DNA of 32,000 nt from Phaeodactylibacter sp. (GCA_024102975.1 JAGFJD010000051.1:3788-35787), one strand, 5' to 3'; positions 17,280-25,900 are shown, counted from the stretch's first letter. The notes: generated by a model not told the origin, from the letters alone. Numbers and translations: made by a program.

Positions 17280-19793
17280 TCAATTCGTTACCATGCCGGC
17301 TACTTGCCAGTCCAGATTTCCTTCTTCGGCCAGGCCTACGAAGAGGGAATCGCCGGCCTGGAGTTCTCCCTTAATGATCATGGTGGACAGGGGGTGGCTC
17401 AGCTGCTGTTTGATGGCCCGGATCAGGGGGCGGGCGCCGAATTCTTCGGAGTATCCGAGATGGGCGATGTGTTTTTTGGCATCCTCGCTCAGCTCAACCT
17501 TGATGCCCAGGTTTTCGAGTCGCTTGCGCAGCTTCCGGAAGTGGATTTCGAAAATCCGGAGCATGGATTCTTCGCGCAGGGGCGAGAACGGCACGATGCC
17601 GTCCAGCCGGCCCAGGAATTCGGGGCGGAAGTACCGCTTCATGGCGGTTTCCAGCTCCATCCGGTCCGGGATTTTACCGTCGTCGAAACTTTTGGTGATG
17701 TGCTCGTGCCCGATATTGGACGTGAAGATGATGATGGCCTTGGAGAAATCGCCCACCTTTTCGAGCTTGTCCTTTGCCTTGCCTTCGTCCAGGATTTTCA
17801 GGAACACGTCAAATATTTCCTTGCTGGCCTTTTCGATCTCGTCGAAGAGGACTACGGCGTAGGGCCGTTGCCGGATTTTGTTGATGAGGGGGCCGCCTTC
17901 TTCGTACCCTACCAGGCCGGGCTCGGCGCCCAGCAGGGCAGAGGTGGCGTACTCCTGTTTGAACTCGGACATATCGAACCGGATCATCGCGTCGGGGTCG
18001 TTGAACAGGAAGTCGGCGATCGACTTGGCCAGCTCGGTCTTGCCCGTCCCGGTGGGGCCCAGGAAGAAGAAAGAGCCCACCGGCTTTTCGGGGTCGTTGA
18101 CCCCGGTGCGGCCGGCGCGGATAGCGTCCGAGATGATGTTCAGGGCATGGTCCTGGCCGACGACCCGCTGGAGCAGGGCTTCTTCCATAGCCAGCAGCCG
18201 CTCCCGTTCTTTGGACCGGATTTTGCCGGCGGGAATGCCGGTCTTGTACGACACGATAGAAGCGATATGGGCGGGAGAGACCGCCTCGATCTTTTCGCCG
18301 GCCAGCGCTTTGACCTTTTCGAGTTTTTCCTTCAGGTAGCCGTGCAATTGTTCCGGCAGGCGGATGTTCTTGTTTTTTTCCTCGCCCTCTTCCAGGGCGG
18401 AGATGAGGATGGGGCTCAGGCGGTGGTTCATCTGGCCTTCGAACCATTTGAGTTCCTGGAAGTAGGCGTTGGAATCCTGGGCGATCTCCGACTCCGACAA
18501 TTTCTTCAGCTCTTCGAAGAAGGCGTCGATCACCTCGTTGGAGCCTTCCTGGAGCAGGCGGACGGCGGCCATGGTGCGGTCCATGAGGTCGACGGCGCTG
18601 TCGGGCAGGCTGCGTTCGCGCAGGAAGCGCTTGGCCAGGGTCACGCACTGCCCGACGGCCTCGCGGTCCATTTTCAGGTTGTGGTGCTCTTCGTATTTGG
18701 GCTGTATGGCGCGCAGCATGCGCACGGCGGCCTCTTCGTTGGGCTCTTCGATGATGAGCTTCTCGAAGCGCCGGTTGAAGGCTTCGTCCTTTTCGATGTA
18801 TTTCCGGTACTCCTCGTTGGTGGTCGCCCCGATGACGGTGATGGCGCCGCGGGCCAGTTCCGGTTTCAGCAGGTTGGCGCCGCCGGCCCCGAAAGACCCC
18901 CTGGGGTCGAGCAGGACGTGAATTTCGTCAATGAAGAGGACGGCCCGGTCGATGAGCTTCACCTCTTTGATCACTTTTTTGAGGCGGTCTTCAAATTCGC
19001 CTTTATAGGAGGCGCCGGCCACCAGGGCACCGGTGTCCAGTTCGAGGACGGTGGCCGAGCGGAGCTGCCCGGTCACTTCTTCGTTGATGATGTTGAGGGC
19101 GAAGCCTTCCACCAGGGCGGTTTTGCCGACGCCGGGTTCTCCGACGAGCAGCACGTTGGGTTTGGTGCGCCGGCTCAGCGTTTCGACCATCTGGCGGATT
19201 TCGCCGTCCCGCCCCACGATGGGGTCGATCTTGCCGTCGCGGGCCAGGGCCGTTTTATCCACGCAGAAGCGCGCCAGGGTCTTGAGGTCGGGCTTTCGGC
19301 CAAGGATGCTGCTCTTCGGGGCGCCCGCTGTTTCGGCGGCCGGCTGGCCGTTGCCGGCGGAGTCCTGAAGGGCGAAGTTCAGCAGTTCGCTCTCGGTCAG
19401 GGGCAGGGAGCGCAGCTGGTCTTCGGTATAGACGATGTCCTGCCGGCAGAGGGCGATCAGGGCGGCGATGGGGGTAATTTTCTTTTCGGAGATTTTGAGC
19501 CGGATCATATCCGCGAACTCCATCAGTTTGACGACCCCTTCGTCCGGTTCCGGCTCCTCGGTGACCGTCATGCTCTTGGGGTATTCGGAGATGCGGTAGT
19601 CGGCCCATTCCCTGATGAAGAGCACGTCGATGCCCCATTCTTCCAGCCGGGGCGTCAGGCCGACGTCTTCGTGCATCAGGGCGCGGAGGAGGTGGCTTCC
19701 GGAGAAGGTTCCGTGCCGGTGGTCACGGGCAATGGACCGGGCGATCTCAAACGCCGTGAGCAACTGGTTTTCGTAGGCAAGTTTGGGTAGCAT
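17280..19793 (-). CDS. clpV: T6SS AAA+ disaggregase ClpV (TssH)
   Basis: An 837-aa protein with a Clp N-domain and two AAA+ modules. Walker A motifs are GEPGVGKTA and GPTGTGKTE; Walker B motifs are VLFIDEIH and [10 protein letters not shown]. It has the ClpB-like D2 small domain and is the first gene of the T6SS core operon. Confidence 0.9.
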   Translation of the reverse strand: MLPKLAYENQLLTAFEIARSIARDHRHGTFSGSHLLRALMHEDVGLTPRLEEWGIDVLFIREWADYRISEYPKSMTVTEEPEPDEGVVKLMEFADMIRLKISEKKITPIAALIALCRQDIVYTEDQLRSLPLTESELLNFALQDSAGNGQPAAETAGAPKSSILGRKPDLKTLARFCVDKTALARDGKIDPIVGRDGEIRQMVETLSRRTKPNVLLVGEPGVGKTALVEGFALNIINEEVTGQLRSATVLELDTGALVAGASYKGEFEDRLKKVIKEVKLIDRAVLFIDEIHVLLDPRGSFGAGGANLLKPELARGAITVIGATTNEEYRKYIEKDEAFNRRFEKLIIEEPNEEAAVRMLRAIQPKYEEHHNLKMDREAVGQCVTLAKRFLRERSLPDSAVDLMDRTMAAVRLLQEGSNEVIDAFFEELKKLSESEIAQDSNAYFQELKWFEGQMNHRLSPILISALEEGEEKNKNIRLPEQLHGYLKEKLEKVKALAGEKIEAVSPAHIASIVSYKTGIPAGKIRSKERERLLAMEEALLQRVVGQDHALNIISDAIRAGRTGVNDPEKPVGSFFFLGPTGTGKTELAKSIADFLFNDPDAMIRFDMSEFKQEYATSALLGAEPGLVGYEEGGPLINKIRQRPYAVVLFDEIEKASKEIFDVFLKILDEGKAKDKLEKVGDFSKAIIIFTSNIGHEHITKSFDDGKIPDRMELETAMKRYFRPEFLGRLDGIVPFSPLREESMLRIFEIHFRKLRKRLENLGIKVELSEDAKKHIAHLGYSEEFGARPLIRAIKQQLSHPLSTMIIKGELQAGDSLFVGLAEEGNLDWQVAGMVTN

Positions 19794-19992
19794 GGTTACA
19801 GGGGCATTTGGGTTTTGTGTTTCGTTCTAAGAAAGTTTACGGAAACAACAGAATAAAAGTTCTGCGTATTGCGGCATAGTCCTTGAATATTCCAGCCTGT
19901 GGCTCTAAGTTAACAATAAATGCGGTAACGGTTAAAGCTTTCAATATATTTTTAATATGGCGGAAACCAGGGCGCCGGCTGGCCTTGTGCTG

Positions 19993-20072
19993 CTGTTCGC
20001 TGTTCGCAATTCGCTGTTGGCCAGGGTGCCTTCTGGGAGCCTGGAAACAACCGGCAACAAACAACGGACAAC
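19993..20072. repeat. Two blocks of heptanucleotide tandem repeats upstream of clpV
   Basis: 19993-20020 reads ctgttcg ctgttcg caattcg ctgttgg. In 20045-20072 the motif CAAC recurs every 7 nt, ending at 20051, 20058, 20065 and 20072. The two blocks have opposite polarity (GTT versus AAC). Confidence 0.8.
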
Positions 20073-20170
20073 TTGCCCAGCCTCAGAAGACACAGAAAAC
20101 TGAACCATCCCTTTGATCATGGGTGATTCGTTCTCCACCTTACACCGTACACATTCCGCCCCACCACCCC

Positions 20171-20701
20171 TCACTCCACCTTCGGCTCCGGCCGGTAAAT
20201 CTTGTAACTGCCTTTCTTTTTGGTTACGGTGATTTTGGTATCGCCGTCCTCATAGGTTCCCGGTTTCAGGTGGTACTCGTTGGCTGCCGTATGTTTCACC
20301 CCGCCGATATTTTGTTCGTACACCTCTACCACCCCGTTGGGTTTGATGGCCTTGATGATGGCCGTGTGGCGGGGCAGGCCGATCTCGAAAGTGCTGGTTT
20401 CGGTGCGCGTCTCGGTGCTGCCGTCGGGCAGCGTCCGGACCGTGACCTTAACCACTTCGATCTTCAGGTTCTTGTACTGGATGATATCTCCCGGCTCTGC
20501 CTGGGAGAGGGATACGGTGCGGGACGACCATTTGTAGGCGTTTCCTCCGCCGAAATCATGGGGGGTCTTGGCGCCGGCTTCCTTCAGGGCCTGGAAGGCC
20601 AGGTCCCAGCACTCGCCAAGCGAGCCTTCGGCCTCGGCAAAGACGCGCTTGCCGGCCTGGGACCGGGCGTAGTTGACGACCTTGTGGTTGGTTATCCCCA
20701 T
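20171..20701 (-). CDS. CHAP/NlpC-P60-like papain-fold amidase without a signal peptide; putative T6SS cell-wall effector
   Basis: The Cys motif is GSLGECWDLAFQALKEAG. It is followed by AEPGDIIQY, a ~35-aa insertion, then RHTAIIKAIKPNGVVEVYEQNIGG (His plus a polar residue in an EQN context), which is the CHAP order. The protein is 176 aa with no N-terminal hydrophobic leader. Confidence 0.55.
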   Translation of the reverse strand: MGITNHKVVNYARSQAGKRVFAEAEGSLGECWDLAFQALKEAGAKTPHDFGGGNAYKWSSRTVSLSQAEPGDIIQYKNLKIEVVKVTVRTLPDGSTETRTETSTFEIGLPRHTAIIKAIKPNGVVEVYEQNIGGVKHTAANEYHLKPGTYEDGDTKITVTKKKGSYKIYRPEPKVE

Positions 20702-20710
20702 GTTTTGAGT

Positions 20711-21247
20711 TTATCCTTTCAGTTTTTTAATGGCCGACTTGATGACGGCTGCCACCAGGGAGGCCATGACGATGGGGTCGGCCCCGTCGAAGCTGCTGCC
20801 GAATTTTTTCAGTTGGCTCTCGTTCTGGCTGCCGTAGGCCTGGAGGGCCAGCGTGATGCGCGCCTCGTCGGAATAGGTGCTTTTGACGACGTCGGACAGG
20901 AAGTTGATGTGGTCCAGCAGTCGGCCCAGCATTTTCTGGTACTTCCGCACGTCGCCCTTCAGCCGCCCGTATTCTCCCTGGAAGTGGGGGGAGGCGCGCT
21001 CTGCGTGGCTGGAGGCATAGCGTTTCTTGCCGCCGCTCAGCAGGGAATCCAGCAGGCGCTTCAGCTCCCGGGCCTGCTTCTTGAGGTTTTCCAGTTCGTT
21101 GTTCGTGCCCTGCACGTTGGTGATCGACTTTTTGAACAGGTCGGTGTTCTCCTGCACGAAGCGGGCGTACTGGTTGAATTTCTGAGCCTCGCTTTCCAAC
21201 TGCCGGAAAAACCGCCGGGATTGCTGGAGTTTCTGGATGTAGTTCAT
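20711..21247 (-). CDS. Hypothetical 178-aa predicted all-helical protein with no signal peptide
   Basis: The ORF ends 9 nt upstream of the CHAP gene start. It has heptad-like charged helices (LQQSRRFFRQLESEAQKFNQYARFVQE..., NNELENLKKQARELKRLLDSLL) and a hydrophobic C-terminal helix (PIVMASLVAAVIKSAIKKL). I recognised no family. Confidence 0.5.
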   Translation of the reverse strand: MNYIQKLQQSRRFFRQLESEAQKFNQYARFVQENTDLFKKSITNVQGTNNELENLKKQARELKRLLDSLLSGGKKRYASSHAERASPHFQGEYGRLKGDVRKYQKMLGRLLDHINFLSDVVKSTYSDEARITLALQAYGSQNESQLKKFGSSFDGADPIVMASLVAAVIKSAIKKLKG

Positions 21248-21305
21248 ATTTGGAGATTTGGGTTATAGTATATGGACTGAATGAGTGAATGAGTGAATCA
21301 CCGCC

Positions 21306-21464
21306 CTACAGTGCCTTTACCAGCACCTGCAACGCCCGCCGGATGACGTTGTGTACCGAATGATCCTCATCCGACAGGAAGAGGTAGAACAGCAAAATGA
21401 GTAAAAGGACGACGCCTATCCGCAGCATGCTTTTGTATTTGGTAGCGGGGGTTTGTTCTTCCAT
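21306..21464 (-). CDS. Small 52-aa single-pass membrane peptide (below the ORF-track size cutoff)
   Basis: My own translation is MEEQTPATKYKSMLRIGVVLLLILLFYLFLSDEDHSVHNVIRRALQVLVKAL*. It has an ATG start, a TAG stop, GC-rich third positions and one clear TM helix. Confidence 0.4.
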   Translation of the reverse strand: MEEQTPATKYKSMLRIGVVLLLILLFYLFLSDEDHSVHNVIRRALQVLVKAL

Positions 21465-21630
21465 GTCGTTTGCTTCTAAATATTAATACCCGGTTGGGGG
21501 AAACGTTACCTTAAAATCCTGCCAAAAACAGGTTTTATAGATTTTTGGAACTGATTATCAGCTTGTTGCCAATTAAATATTTTTTGCTTGTATATGCGTG
21601 GTCGCATATGTGTTGTGCTTGTTTTTATGT

Positions 21631-21760
21631 GTTTCCATACATTTCGGCATCTATCTCCATCAATTTCCACCTGTTTCCATTCACTTCATAGCATCTCCAC
21701 GCATTTCCATCCATTTCAAAGTATTTCCATCCATTTCCACCTATTTCCATTGTATTTCAA
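21631..21760. repeat. Tandem array of about 13 units of the 10-bp repeat ATTTCCAYNN, the reverse complement of the 739-859 array
   Basis: ATTTCC-like cores start at 21653, 21663, 21673, 21683, 21693, 21703, 21713, 21723, 21733 and 21743 in strict 10-bp phase. Out-of-register units start at 21631, 21641 and 21754. Read on the minus strand the unit is RTGGAAAT, the same as in array A. Confidence 0.9.
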
Positions 21761-22182
21761 AAACACATCTGCCAAATACTGAACGGATCCACCAACTGCT
21801 TCCCCTTCCGCACTTCCACGTGGATGTGGTTGGTAATGCCGGGGTACTTCAATCCCAGGTTCTGCACATAGCCGATCTGGCTTCCCGCGCCGACCTCCCC
21901 GGAGACGATGCCCTGCACGTAGAAAATTTTGAGGGTGTAGTCCTTCCAGGCGCCAGACCCCTGCAGCACCAACCCGCGGTAGCGGTGGTCGTCGCGGTAG
22001 GGTGCCGCCTCCCGGGTGATGGTCCCGGGGAAGGGGGCGAAGACTTTCTGGAAGGGGGCCGCCCTGATGTCCAGGCCCTGGTGTTTGCGCCCGCCGCGGG
22101 GCGCGCCGTACTGGCCGCTGCCCCAGGCGTCGTGGGCGCGGCTGCGCTGGCCGGTGAGGATGGGGTGGGGGAGTTTTTGCAT
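21757..22182 (-). CDS. Minimal M23 (LytM-type) metallopeptidase without a signal peptide; putative T6SS cell-wall effector
   Basis: A 141-aa protein with an HxxxD motif (HQGLDI) and an HxH motif (NHIHVEV) ending ...KQLVDP. There is no N-terminal hydrophobic segment. The position of the usual Y-x-H-L catalytic His appears to read FYVQGI. Confidence 0.7.
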   Translation of the reverse strand: MQKLPHPILTGQRSRAHDAWGSGQYGAPRGGRKHQGLDIRAAPFQKVFAPFPGTITREAAPYRDDHRYRGLVLQGSGAWKDYTLKIFYVQGIVSGEVGAGSQIGYVQNLGLKYPGITNHIHVEVRKGKQLVDPFSIWQMCF

Positions 22183-22231
22183 GGTGGTTCGTGGGTTTGG
22201 TTATTTTTTTTGGTGAATTGCATTATTATTA

Positions 22232-22987
22232 TTAGCTGAAAAAAGTGTCAAGAATAGTATTAACCGAATCGATAAGTATTTGCCTTTGGGGGGAGAATTC
22301 GCAATTTGAGCGTAATTCCTCCAAGTAATTAAAAAGCATTTTTTTTGCATGATCGCTACTTCCTTCAAGCTGATTGATGAATTCTGTGTTCATCATGAGG
22401 ATATAAGCTGCAATATACTTGGATAAAGAATCAGTCGTTGGTGGATTGACTTTGTCATCCCATATGCTTTTTACAAGATAATCACCAGGTTGGGATAAAA
22501 GCCAGCCACATATATTTCCGCTTCCAATAACCAAATCCAAATTGGGTGCTAGTCGAAGCCGTTGTTCAATGTGTTCTGGTTGAATAACTCCTTGAACTGC
22601 AAGTAACCATTGGCCATCCGGATCTATCCAAGTAATATTTGATGAGGGGATCTGAAATCCATGCTCCTGAATTAATTCAAGTGAGCCTTGCTCGGTCTCA
22701 ATTGAAAGAATGGCTTTCAGGAGATGTTCTGTAAAATAAGGATTTTCTGCGAGGCCAACCCGGCAACTTACTAGCATTCTGTCGTTTAAATCAAAACGAA
22801 GTTCATCAGTTGAATCAAAAATTGAATCTCCACTTCCATTAGTTTTTGCCAAATGAAGCTCATGCTCTTCCGAGGAGCGATATGGCCCGACCATTAAAGT
22901 TCCGGGTGGTAACGTCCATCGGGGCTGATGAGTTAGTCCAATCTTTCCACTAATAAATTTCAAATGCTCATCAAAAAATCTTTTCAT
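22232..22987 (-). CDS. Putative cognate immunity protein of the Rhs toxin (unknown family)
   Basis: Its ATG overlaps the rhs TGA (ATGA at 22984-22987). It is 251 aa with no signal peptide and shares the low GC of the toxin-encoding 3' part of rhs. Confidence 0.55.
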   Translation of the reverse strand: MKRFFDEHLKFISGKIGLTHQPRWTLPPGTLMVGPYRSSEEHELHLAKTNGSGDSIFDSTDELRFDLNDRMLVSCRVGLAENPYFTEHLLKAILSIETEQGSLELIQEHGFQIPSSNITWIDPDGQWLLAVQGVIQPEHIEQRLRLAPNLDLVIGSGNICGWLLSQPGDYLVKSIWDDKVNPPTTDSLSKYIAAYILMMNTEFINQLEGSSDHAKKMLFNYLEELRSNCEFSPQRQILIDSVNTILDTFFS

Positions 22988-25900
22988 ATGCTCAGTTCGG
23001 TTGCAGGTGGCAGGGTTCCACCAGATGGTGTTGGCACATTTCCTGAACTAATATCTGCTGGATTGATTGCTGGTCCAGGATCGCTCGGATTACCTCCAAA
23101 AATTGCCGCTCCACTTTCTCCTTTAGGGCCTTTATCACCATAGCTGGTAACTACTTGCCCACGACGACTGCCGGTTTCAGTGACAACGACATTGCCCTCT
23201 TTGTAAAATATGAGTCGATTGTTTTTGCCTTCCGATAAGAAGACCTTCTCAGGGTTAGCTAAAATATCAGCTTCAACATCAGGATCTAAGCGGCCATGAT
23301 AATCAGGAGATCGTCGAATTTTACCACCTGCTGCTTCCTCGCTAATCTTTTTTGCTTGTTTCGTAGCACGAGCACAGTCCATGAGCCCAAGTGGGTCGAA
23401 CAAGACATTTGGATCTGTGGCATAGGAATAAAGAGCAAGCCCTCCTTTAATTCTTATGGGATCCTGGCTGATATATTGAATTGATTCAGGATCATAATAC
23501 CGAAACCGGTTATAATATAATCCTGTCTCTGCATCCTCATATTGCCCAGGATAACGGAAGGGGCACATCTGCACATCACCTTCCAATGAGTTTGACTTGC
23601 CATAAGAATTTAGGAAAGCAGCCCATATCCTTTCTCCTTTTTCGTTGTGCATAGATATTGGGGTGCCCAAGTGGTCAGTCTGAATACTGTACTGCCTTTG
23701 TTCTGTTAATTTGCCAATAGGCACAAAAGTTCCTGGCTCAAAAAGCCACGTGACCATCGCATTGGGTGAAGGCATTGGAATAGGTTGCTCTTCCGGTCTG
23801 ACAACTGTATCTGTGTATTTAGGCTGAACCTCTTTTATGACGATGGTTTCCTGCTCGCCACCATCATAATTATCTTTTTCAAAAAATACAATTTCATTAT
23901 CTTTCCAACTCTCCTCTGGTGTTTCTTCGAGCGTTAATTCAGTCAAGGTAGGATTTTTTTCAGAAACCGGTTGGTTGCTAACCCATTCGTGGATCGGCAC
24001 ATTGCCGTCCCATAGCCAATAAGTAACAGCGTCTCGATAGTTTTTGCTAATCCTGCGCCCTAATGCATCATAGGTGAAGCTTACGATTTCCCCATCTGGC
24101 CGCACCACCTCAGCAAGCATGCCGACAGCATTCCAAGTATACCGCCAGGTTTTGCCATCAACCATATTCTTTTCAACCAAGTTGCCTTCCGAATCATAGC
24201 GGTAACGTGTACCCTCTGCTTCCAGCAATTGTCCTGCCGGCCCATATTTTCGGTCGCTGTGATCTGGTTTGCGGAATAAATTTCCTACGGCATCTGACAA
24301 ACGGTATTCGTAATGCCCGTCGGGATAAACGGCAGCAGACAAGTTGCCAAAGTCATCGTGCTGAAACTGGGTCACTTCTGTACCAAAGTCAATTACGCGT
24401 TTGAGGCGGTTGCTGATATCCCATTCATAGGTGCGAGAGCGCTGTATTTCTCCACCTTTGCTAAATATTTTATGTTGTACAGGCCTTCCTAATTGATCGC
24501 GTTCCCATTTCCCCTTTACTCCATTGGAAAAAAGCCGCTCTACCTCAAACCCTAAAACATCTCGTTTAAATTGCATCTCCCAAAGAGAGGAGTCGCCTAG
24601 GGTTTTCAAGCCTAAGACATCACCCATTTTATTTCGACGGATGTCAAGATTAAAGCCTAAAGAGGTCGATATCCTAGACCGAAAACCAAGCTTATCATAT
24701 TGAGAGTGTACTAAAAAACCATTTTGATTTTCTGTTATTACCTGCCCCATAAGATCTTTTTCAAAAAAGACAATTCCATTTTGATTGGCGGCATGTATTA
24801 ACTCCCCATCTTCACGATAATCGAATTGTTCTATCTCGCCATTAGAATGACGGCACTTCCGTATTTGGCCTACTGAATCTAAATCGTAGGTGGATTCTAT
24901 CCCAGAGGCACGTGTTACCTTGGTTATTCGGCCTGCTGCATCTCTTTGGTAAAAACGCTTAACTTTATCAAATCCACTTTCCAATTCGACCCTGCCATTG
25001 GCATCCAGGTCGAATTTATAAGCATAGCCGTTTTCGTTTACAATTCCAACCAATTGCTCATCAGTATTGTACTTTAAAGTTATTGTCGTTTTATTTTCAA
25101 TTCGTTTTTTTATTTGGCTTAGTCCAGCGTATTCAAAATGAATATCCCGTTGTTTATCCTTCACGCGTACTACATTTCCCTGTAGGTCGTATTCCAGTAT
25201 TCTCAAATTTCCGTTTGGCTCGCCCACTTTTATTATCTGCCCCAACAGATCAAAAATCCTACGCTGAATATTTCCCTTAGGATCAATAGAAGCTATACCC
25301 CTACCAAGATTATCATACCGCCACCGCGAAGAAGCATTATCCGGCGTCGTCAACTGATCGATTTCCTTCCTGGCATTATAGCCAACAAGCGTACGCCCTC
25401 CTGCCGGATCAATTAACTGAATCAATTGCCCATACTCATTATAGCGATACTCCGTTACCCTTTCCATACTATCCACCCGCCTAACCACCCGCCCCCGCTC
25501 ATCATACTCCCAAACCCACTTCCCCCCAATCTGATCCACCGCCTCCACCAGCAAATCCTCCTCCGAATACCGCATCTTAATCTTCGTATCATCCGGATAG
25601 GCAATCTGCACCAAATTCCCACGGCCGTCATACTTATAGCTTGTCTTATGCCCCAGCGGGTCGATTTCGGCCAGCAGCTCGTAGTCCTCGCTGTATTCGT
25701 ACCTTTTCTCGTTGCCGAGGGCGTCGACCTCGTGGTGGACGACGGCCCCGTCGTGGTAATAGGTTTCGATAAAGTGCTCCACGTGTCCGTCCGGGTGGCC
25801 GACGATGCGTTCCAGGGTAGTCTTCCCCTCCTCGTAGGTGATGTTGCCGTTGTAGATGTTGCCGTCGCCGTGCGAATGGGTGCATTTGGCGTCGTGGCCC

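Noticed and set aside
17304-19790. 828-aa ORF on the + strand spanning the whole clpV locus
   Set aside because: It is a shadow ORF antisense to an unmistakable ClpV gene with two AAA+ modules. Its translation is Gly/Ala/Val/Asp/Phe-rich low complexity with no motifs, as expected for the reverse frame of a GC-rich gene.
6520-19793. Extracellular contractile injection system or tailocin rather than a T6SS
   Set aside because: A two-ring ClpV-type ATPase, TssK, a TssN-like membrane protein and an Hcp/VgrG pair are present. No tape-measure, tail-fibre, cap or terminator genes are seen. This favours a cell-anchored subtype-iii T6SS.
19837-20174. 75-77-aa ORFs in the spacer upstream of clpV as a possible immunity gene for the CHAP protein
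   Set aside because: They have no signal peptide or lipobox and an Arg/Gln-rich odd composition, and they overlap the heptamer repeats, so coding is unlikely.
20123-21268. 381-aa + strand ORF covering the CHAP and helical-protein genes; similar shadow ORFs lie at 15402-16586, 13895-14818, 8596-9435, 7671-8489 and 5097-5567
   Set aside because: All lie antisense to genes with clear family signatures or operon context, and all have the skewed G/V/A/D/L composition of shadow frames.
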